NCBI GenBank assembly: GCA_002269645.1
Contig: NIVC01000995.1
Location: 324,100 to 388,099, forward strand
DNA: 64,000 nt
Source of the DNA: Macrostomum lignano
Taxonomy: Eukaryota
Direction: 5' to 3'
This document shows, piece after piece, positions 57,901 through 64,000 of this stretch. The translations under genes were made by a program, and so were the position numbers. Within the stretch, counting starts at the first letter, position 1. Every line of letters starts with the position of its first letter. The notes below the pieces were generated by a model, which had not been told where the DNA came from, searched no databases, and worked only from the letters and a program-made list of their open reading frames with translations.

Positions 57901-60648
57901 GATTTGTACTGGCAGTTGCTTATCCTTTGCAACCAGCACTAGTGCCGTAGGCATCATGATTTGATGTTTTGCCGTGACTCTCCTGTGTGGATCAAATATC
58001 ATTGCTTCATCTGCCGCGCTGGTCGTTTTCGCTCTGACCCAGCATGCGCTTTCAGGCTGGATAATGACATCTTGCTGCAGAGTTACTTTCGGTAGTACTC
58101 GAATCTGGTTGATCAGCGGTTGCTCCACCGTGTCGATCCTAAACGTTTGCTTGTTGAAGTCGAAGGTCAATGGTAGTTGAAGCTGCTTGAACGTGTCGAT
58201 TCCAACGATGACGTCTTGGTTTGGTAGTCTGTCGATGATGTACGTCGGGACCGTCAGCTGTTTATTAGCAATTTTCAAGTCGATATCTGCTTTTCCTAGG
58301 ATGTTGAGTGAATGTCCTCCTGCTCCTGCAACTGCGATTGCTGCTGGTCGTACCGCGAGTCGTAGCTTGTTGCATAATTGTTGCGAGATGACTGTGATCG
58401 AGCTGCCTGAATCCAGTAGTGCTCGACATGGCAAGTTGTTGACAATGACCTGAGCCATTGCTTTGCCAATCTCGGCGTGTAGCGTACAGACGTAGTTTTC
58501 CGGCCATTTTGGCTCGTGCTGTTCTGCTTGATAGTTGGGTGGTTGTATCCTTGGTGCCGTTGGTGTTGTCGGAATCGATGGATATAGCCGCGTTGCTAGT
58601 GTCGGTTGCCCTTGAACCTCACAATGTGCAGTTTCTGTTAGTTCTAAACTGTTGTCGCTTTCCGTTGTCGTTCTTTGCATTATGGCATTCACTGTCTTCT
58701 TAGCTCTTGGACAAGTTTGACTGAAGCACCGTACGATCGATGAAATGATGAAGATTGCCGTGACAATCCACACAATGCAAGCACCGTAGAAGATGAATCC
58801 TTGATAGAGACTGCCTCTTCCATTGAGCAGCTCCCAGAAGCTATTTGTCCAAAATGATTTGATGGCGCTGTCCATTGAAACAAGGACGGGAAATCTTCCT
58901 GTCCCGGTTCCTTTGTCCTTTCTTGTGAACAGCTGGTGAATCATCTTGCGTTGGGTGATGAACGCTTGCAAGAAGTCGTTGATCGTCCATCCTGGTGTTA
59001 TCTCGTCAAGTTGGATATCGGCGAATGGCGTATACTTCGTTCTGTTGAATCGGATTTTCAAATCCTCCATGTCGTAGTTTTCGTCGACGATTACTTCCGG
59101 TTCTGTGACGTTTGCTGTCGTTCCAGTTGTTTTGATGACGTGTAGTGCATTGTCCAGTTGATAGTAGTTTACTGCCGTGGTGCAAGGTCTCGGTATTGCG
59201 GTGCCAACGATGATGTTGTGTACCGTGTCCAAGAATCCCTGAATTCGTTTTCCTTCGTAGAACGCTTCAATCCTTGGCTTATCGTAGCAGGTTGTTGACG
59301 TGTTTGACGGCAAGATGTTAAAGTGCTGTATCGGCGTGCACTTGTATATCAACAGATGCTCGTATATTGGAACTGCCAAAACGTTCGTCATTCCGGTGAT
59401 TTTACGAAAAGTCATCGTAGGGTTGACATAGTAGTTTTGTCTGGCATAATTTAAGTTGATTGCGTGCATTTTGCAAGTTAGCTGGACCAGTGTTCGATGC
59501 AAGTGGTTTAACTGGTTGTGTAGATTGTGATCCAAAGCCGTTATCTTTGCTGACAACAGCCGGTTTGACACCAGTTTGGGACGTTCGATGTCACGTCGTC
59601 TTCTATTCTGTTTTTCTTGTTGCTGATACGTTCCATTGATGATTGCCAAGAAGGTTTGTTTGTCTTCATCCTTTACGTAGACTGGTATCTCTTGTTCCGA
59701 GATGAATAGTGTCTTGTCTGTATCCTTGCATTTCAGTTTTTGCTCGACTGGTTTCTTTTGAAACGTCAGTGCCAAGTCTCCTGACTTTGCCAAAAACGTA
59801 TTTGACAGTAGTCCTCCTTCAACTGTGTGATACTTTTGAAGCTTGCAGTCAATTTCCGGCTCAACTTCCCACGCGAAGAAGTATTGTCGTGATTTGTACG
59901 GTTCCTCATAGTGTGATTGTGCTCTGTGCTCAATCTGCCATCGATAGTCTTGATGATATGTTGGACTCAGTGGTAGACTGTGTAGTTCTTCCTTCCGTAG
60001 AATCGGCGTTGGACACCATCCTTCACTGTATCGACATTCGCTTAGTTGCAGCTGTAACGATTCCATTTTCTCGTACGGATTGTAGTAGAATGGAATATTT
60101 CTGATCAAGTAGCTGTTGCGTGCCATATATTCTTTCCATTTTCCGAAGAAGTGAATATATCGACCGTTGGCTGAATTCTTTGTTCTGAACAGCTGTGCGT
60201 TGCCGACCTTCTCATCTGGTTCCAGTTCACCATCCTTTGAAAATAGTGTTTGATTCCATTGTAGGCATTCCGCGTGCGACACATGTAGCTCATGTTGTTT
60301 AAATCGGATCCGGTTCCATTGTCCGCGCCAAACTTTTTCCACCAGGTGCTTGTCTCTGAAGCATACTATCCCGTGTTGTCGATGCTTCTTGATGTTAGCC
60401 TTGTAGAGATCGAGTGTAATCTTCTTTGGTTTTGTCTGGTTTGTCTTGAAGTAACTGCATTTGATGTCGGTTGGTATCTTGTAGATCATCGGTTGGATAT
60501 GCGCATCCGTTGGACAAATCATTGGCTTTTCCGTTGCCGTTGCTTTGGCGACTACTGCTATCAGTAGTATCACGATGATCCAGAATAGCCAGTTTTTCCA
60601 CTTCTTGGATTTTGCCGTTGTCCTTGCTGCATTGGCTGCGATCGCCAT
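54949..60648 (-). CDS. Env-Pol polyprotein (signal peptide, class III-like glycoprotein, TM, protease, RT, RNase H, integrase), 1899 aa
   Basis: Uninterrupted ORF. Signal peptide WLFWIIVILLIAVVAKA; furin RRRR|D aa349-352; TM aa617-639; LLDSGS aa744-749; YVDD aa1163; DAS...ERE...DH RNase H; H-H-C-C zinc finger, IDITGP, SDNGSQF, VERFH and GPY integrase motifs; C-terminal YNLRPR. Confidence 0.95.
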   Translation of the reverse strand: MAIAANAARTTAKSKKWKNWLFWIIVILLIAVVAKATATEKPMICPTDAHIQPMIYKIPTDIKCSYFKTNQTKPKKITLDLYKANIKKHRQHGIVCFRDKHLVEKVWRGQWNRIRFKQHELHVSHAECLQWNQTLFSKDGELEPDEKVGNAQLFRTKNSANGRYIHFFGKWKEYMARNSYLIRNIPFYYNPYEKMESLQLQLSECRYSEGWCPTPILRKEELHSLPLSPTYHQDYRWQIEHRAQSHYEEPYKSRQYFFAWEVEPEIDCKLQKYHTVEGGLLSNTFLAKSGDLALTFQKKPVEQKLKCKDTDKTLFISEQEIPVYVKDEDKQTFLAIINGTYQQQEKQNRRRRDIERPKLVSNRLLSAKITALDHNLHNQLNHLHRTLVQLTCKMHAINLNYARQNYYVNPTMTFRKITGMTNVLAVPIYEHLLIYKCTPIQHFNILPSNTSTTCYDKPRIEAFYEGKRIQGFLDTVHNIIVGTAIPRPCTTAVNYYQLDNALHVIKTTGTTANVTEPEVIVDENYDMEDLKIRFNRTKYTPFADIQLDEITPGWTINDFLQAFITQRKMIHQLFTRKDKGTGTGRFPVLVSMDSAIKSFWTNSFWELLNGRGSLYQGFIFYGACIVWIVTAIFIISSIVRCFSQTCPRAKKTVNAIMQRTTTESDNSLELTETAHCEVQGQPTLATRLYPSIPTTPTAPRIQPPNYQAEQHEPKWPENYVCTLHAEIGKAMAQVIVNNLPCRALLDSGSSITVISQQLCNKLRLAVRPAAIAVAGAGGHSLNILGKADIDLKIANKQLTVPTYIIDRLPNQDVIVGIDTFKQLQLPLTFDFNKQTFRIDTVEQPLINQIRVLPKVTLQQDVIIQPESACWVRAKTTSAADEAMIFDPHRRVTAKHQIMMPTALVLVAKDKQLPVQIFNPNTETVHLRQGMCIGHLNTQASVMLIEQATPRLTEEEFQKKINLDDSPITEQQKRKVRQLLWKYNEAFCHHDYDIGRAKDIKQEIKLLPHTEPIQCKPYPIAKHLQQHFDEIIDKMLKHGIISKAISAYSSPCLLVQKKETNERRLVCDFRLLNKYIPTDQQSLPKISELLAKLNTAKLFTVFDLRHGFWQIEIEKESRQYTAFKTYNGQVYEYNRSPMGLSNSPATMSRLTAYMLAGCTNLLHYVDDILAYGEDFERLYEATEKALALIQRQGLKLQPTKCKFFRDNVRYLGHQVTAKGISPDPDNVEKVKKFPTPTSITKVQSFLGLAQYFRKFLPNFAKTAKPLYDLLKFDKWKQDNWTQRQQESFDEIKRQLTSDALLQHPDFDKPFIIETDASGTGLGAVLLQETEDKKERPIAYVSRALKPNETKWSATERELLGVLFALRQFHYYIYGSPIQTIVRTDHAPLTYVVTTKGQTNNRLIRMTLKIQDYNYKLVYKPGITNKAADALSRAYEVNAIHPIPNIKELVDETERDNFYQAVKDDDKNIKLSPMERKFLRKQRQHLTINKSRLYWMSDNKPKIYIPYSFRQAILNELHDNPLAGHLSAAKTIARVEQYYFWPTMYGDIKQYCNNCHSCAASKTGRRQKPQLQSIPKSTTMDCLSIDITGPLPPSCLQGIAYTYILTALDIFSKFAIAIPIPDITAQTVAMSFFNEIICKYGTPKNLTSDNGSQFTSQLFQQVVRILNITQIYTSTYNPKANMVERFHRNLHEMITHFAHQQPEDWIIYLQSVTMAYNSAIHRSTDNTPFFLMFGRDFQPPNLLAQQLLPSQYVEVPTSIQKFVTQLHLAWKIAKHNIDNQVALTTGNDARSTTLTAGDIVYLHYPPQQTHKHAQKYKGPYRVVQLTSPTTARLANVQDPHQHQFYVHIHRLKKINTDTATFLPTLDNADRTRSTNRHIATKHEETQTTDVSQPHGYNLRPR

Positions 60649-61368
60649 TCGTTATCTTCCATGTCCGCATCATATTCTTTCGGTTGTTCCATTGGCTGAT
60701 CCAGGCGGAAGGCTTCTGATTCGCTTTGCTTTTTGGTTATTTCATTATCTTCGTCTGCGGCTTCTTCCGATGTTTCCGTGTTTCACTCCATTGCGTTGTA
60801 TCTTTTCTCTGTCTTGTAGTCGACCGTTTGAATATAGGCTTCACCATTTCGTTTGTATCGGATCTCGTAGCATCGTCGCTGTCGGAACTCGCTTTCTTTT
60901 CACCTGTTCTTTTCCATTTCTTCATCTTTCCATTGTATTTCGTAGCCTTGATCGCTGTCGGAACTTAGATTCTCCGCTCCGGTTCTTCCTGCATTCCTCT
61001 TTCGGCTTGGTAGTCGTTCGTGTCATCACGCACCTCGCAGTCGTGGTCGTTGCCGTAACTTCTACATTCTTCTTCTTCTTTCATTTCTTTGTCTTTCATG
61101 CTCGTTTTGTCGTCATCCACTGTTGTCGATTCATAGTTGTTTTCTTCGCCGGTTTTCATCTTTTCTTCGTTGCCGATGTCGCTCTCCGCCTCCTCCCTTG
61201 TCTTGTGATTTACTTTCTTCCTGTTTTCTCTGCTGTCTCCGGTGGTCTCTTTTAATTTGATCATTTCGTTTCATCGTCTCTTCTGTTTGTCAGTGTTGTC
61301 CTCGTGCGTCGTCTTCTTTTCGATCAGCTGATGTCAAGTTCCGGACTGTGAAGTCCATTTCCAAGTCG

Positions 61369-62427
61369 TCAATTGTGAACACTTGCTTTCTTGCTTTCAT
61401 TTCCGGTGTGAACGTGATGGCATTCGCGTATCGTGGCATTGCTTGCGTCGGCTGTCTTGTGTGTATCTGACGTTGCGTGGCCTGTAGCCATTACTTCTGA
61501 AGCGGCCTTCGTTTCCGAAGCGGCCATCATTTCCGGAGCGGTCATTATTTCCGAAGCGTCTATCATTTCCGAAGCGTCTTTAGCCTGTTGTTGGCGATTT
61601 TGATATTGCTGCCATGGTTTCTGCGGCTTCTGATTGTTGAATATCTGTCGCGGCTTGTCGTATCTTGTTGACCAATGAGGACAATTAATCTGATAATGTC
61701 CTTCTTGTCCGCAGTAGTAACATCTGGCTGAGGCTTGTTCATTTCGTCTTTTTTGTTCGGCGATAGCAGCTGTCTGGTGCTGCATTAACTTGTTTAGTTG
61801 CTGCGTCAGTTTCTGCACTTCATTGTTGCCTGTCGTCATTAATGGGGCACTGGCTTCCCATTGCATTCCGCAACGCAAAAGGTCTTCTTCGGTTTCGATA
61901 TTTTCACGCAAAAGTCTATCCCGAAGTGACGGCTGTGCGTTGTTTATTACGTGCAGGATGAGGTTTTGTTCACGATCCATCAATCGTTGTCTTTCTCTGG
62001 CGGCCAATTCTGCCGCTCCCAGTGGTGGTTGGTCCGCAGCTTGCAGCGGTGGCTGATGCAGTGCCTTAATTATCTGGCGGATATCGTCCACAAAGGCGAG
62101 GAAGGATTCTGTTGCTTGCATCCTTCTGTTATGCAACTTGTGCAGCAGCACTGATCTGTTTGTGCCGCAACGGTTGAAATGCGCGCGCAGTTGAATGATT
62201 AGTGCTGGATAATTTTGCTGTGTTGCCGCATCCAGCTTGCCGTAAATTTCTCGCGCAGTACCTTGGAGAAGAGGTGGCAGCAGCTGTGCCTTCTCTGGAT
62301 TTTGTAGGTTGTATTCCCTACATACCAGGTCAAAATGGTCGACAAATGTGTTAAAATCTTTCTCCATCGAGAAAGTACCGACCGTTTCTTTGATGTCTCT
62401 GTGTACCGTTGGATTGCGCCGCGCCAT
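61369..62427 (-). CDS. gag: Gag (capsid-like domain plus CCHC zinc knuckle)
   Basis: F..F...F..VC....LLPPLLQGTAREIY...L...F capsid-like N-terminus; CYYCGQEGHYQINC knuckle at 61681-61722. The C-terminus may be frameshifted. Confidence 0.9.
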   Translation of the reverse strand: MARRNPTVHRDIKETVGTFSMEKDFNTFVDHFDLVCREYNLQNPEKAQLLPPLLQGTAREIYGKLDAATQQNYPALIIQLRAHFNRCGTNRSVLLHKLHNRRMQATESFLAFVDDIRQIIKALHQPPLQAADQPPLGAAELAARERQRLMDREQNLILHVINNAQPSLRDRLLRENIETEEDLLRCGMQWEASAPLMTTGNNEVQKLTQQLNKLMQHQTAAIAEQKRRNEQASARCYYCGQEGHYQINCPHWSTRYDKPRQIFNNQKPQKPWQQYQNRQQQAKDASEMIDASEIMTAPEMMAASETKAASEVMATGHATSDTHKTADASNATIRECHHVHTGNESKKASVHN

Positions 62428-63117
62428 GTTGTTGATAGGTAGAACGGTAGTTCAAGATCTGGATCGATTTGTAACGGATCGTCCAGTGTGGTGTTTGCCT
62501 CGGAATAAACCTCGACTGTAACGAATTGCCTTGTGGTGTCGATTTGTTATTCGCTGGCCTCGGATGCGGTGTGGCTTGCTGCCACTGGTTGTCCTCAAAT
62601 GAACTTGTTCTGTTCGCTTGCTGATTTCGCACTTATGCGGCGTCCCGCAAAGTGTATCTTCAAGTTGAAGTGGACTTGTCTTCTTGCTTTGCAAAGTCTT
62701 TTTCTCTTCTTTGACTCTCTCTCTTTTGTCAATTAACTCTGCTCTCCACGAAGTTTCAATTAATTTCGGTTTTGTTTTAGTTTTTGTGCCGGCAAAATGT
62801 TTCAGTTATTTTTTGTTTGTTTTGCGTCGACGATTTTTTATTTTGGTTTGTTTTCAGTGTACCGACGAAGTTAATTTCGGTTTTGTTTTAAACTCACACT
62901 TGCTCGAGCTCGTCAAAACAAAATTTAACACGCGTGCTCAAACTGTACTCAAATTTGACAGGTGCTCAAACCTGTACACCAAATTTTACTCGAGTTTCAA
63001 AACGTAACGGACTTAAAAAGTGTTAACTCTAACACGTGCGCGCAAAATTAATGAAGTCGCTCTGTCGTCACTTTACAATAGCTTGGCCAGGCTATTGCTC
63101 AAGGTTTGAGTAGTGCC

Positions 63118-63135
63118 GAGAGGGCGAGATCACCA
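63118..63135 (-). promoter_or_regulatory. Primer-binding-site candidate
   Basis: TGGTGATCTCGCCCTCTC begins 2 nt after the 5' LTR ...CA; cognate tRNA not identified. Confidence 0.5.
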
Positions 63136-63137
63136 AT

Positions 63138-64000
63138 TGATGTGTTCCTTATTACCCGACTTTCGATAATCAAGGAACAATCACTTCTAGCTCAACAGCT
63201 AGGCAACCCAGTAAGTCAAACGAAGGTATTCAATTACCTTTAATCCGGATTTGAATTTCTTGAGTAGTTCTCGCTAGGAACTTGTCAGTAGATCTCGTAG
63301 ATCAGGCGCCTTGATTCTTCAGTTGCTCTGGTCCTGGTTCCTCTTGTACTTCCGATAAGTTCTTCCGGCCGGTATCTTCCGTCAGGACCAATCAGAGGCC
63401 TCGTAGCAACAATGGGTACCCTGCGCCAAACTGCGGTCTAAATTAAGCCTCCTTCTTCTAGCAGTGCCTCTATGCACTCTAGGTATAGCTCCGGAAACCA
63501 CTGATAGTCCTCTAAGATCTATCAGGGGCAGTCCTTCTGGAGACTGCAACCAATGGAGTCTAAACAGACTCAAGAGTCTCAACAGACTCAATTAGACTCA
63601 AGTCTCAATAGACTTGAGCGAGACGTCTCTAACACAACGGGCGCAAATAAGGAAGGCTTACCGCAACAACTCGACCGAGTCTCGATTGACTTGGTAGATC
63701 AGGAAGTCCTCCTAAGGCTTCCTCTTCGGAGCGCTCCTCTTCCGTGGGGAGAATGGCTCCGGTACCGCTTCAGATCGCTTGTATTTATAGACAAGTTTTT
63801 GATCCAAAATAGTATCATGACAATTCACGTGTTGCGCTAAAAGGGGAAAATGGCTCATGGCGTATTATTCTGGTAACATCTTTTTCTGGTAGCGTGATTC
63901 ATTCAAAGCTTAGGCGCACATGCGTGTACTTACTTACTTATAGTAGTATTATACGATTATCTTCTTTTTCCTTTTTTAACGGGAGGTAGAACACTCTACA
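63138..64000 (-). repeat. 5' LTR (863 bp visible; ends at the window edge)
   Basis: Copy of 53410-54273; flanks diverge immediately outside TGATGTG. Confidence 0.9.

Larger units (their letters stand above)
53410..64000 (-). mobile_element. Envelope-encoding Ty3/Gypsy (Metaviridae-like) LTR retroelement, ~10.6 kb
   Basis: Direct repeats at 53410-54273 and 63138-64000, TG...CA ends, PBS-like TGG 2 nt after the 5' LTR, PPT, gag, env-pol in PR-RT-RH-IN order, and an extra RING ORF. Confidence 0.95.

Noticed and set aside
55161-61255. Plus-strand ORFs antisense to env-pol and the spacer (e.g. 60545-61255, hydrophobic)
   Set aside because: Shadows of the coding or purine-rich minus strand.

Overview
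Eukaryotic, intron-containing invertebrate DNA in which almost every long intron carries its own minisatellite. The style suggests a free-living flatworm such as Macrostomum (inference only). Host genes reconstructed by hand from GT-AG exons: a highly divergent ionotropic glutamate receptor (+, ~4759-15192), a small two-exon PNPase-like S1-domain protein (+, 15391-17032), a 5-HT1-like serotonin receptor (+, 19453-29341), a secreted astacin metalloprotease (+, 37239-41644) and DNA primase large subunit PRIM2 (-, 44205-49418). Mobile DNA: a Penelope-like fragment ending in a minimal hammerhead ribozyme, a piggyBac relic, two MITE-like elements, a 2.2-kb solo LTR with TSD, and a near-intact 10.6-kb Ty3/Gypsy LTR retroelement (-, 53410-64000). 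This element is the most unusual feature. It has a Gag with no obvious matrix domain. A single 1899-aa ORF places a class III (gB/rhabdovirus-G-like) envelope glycoprotein N-terminal to PR-RT-RH-IN. Three ESCRT late-domain motifs (LYPSI, PTAP, PPNY) lie in the Env cytoplasmic tail. A separate downstream ORF encodes a myristoylation-motif double-RING protein resembling arenavirus Z. Most long ORFs in the supplied track are translations of tandem repeats. Family assignments come from recalled motifs, not database searches.
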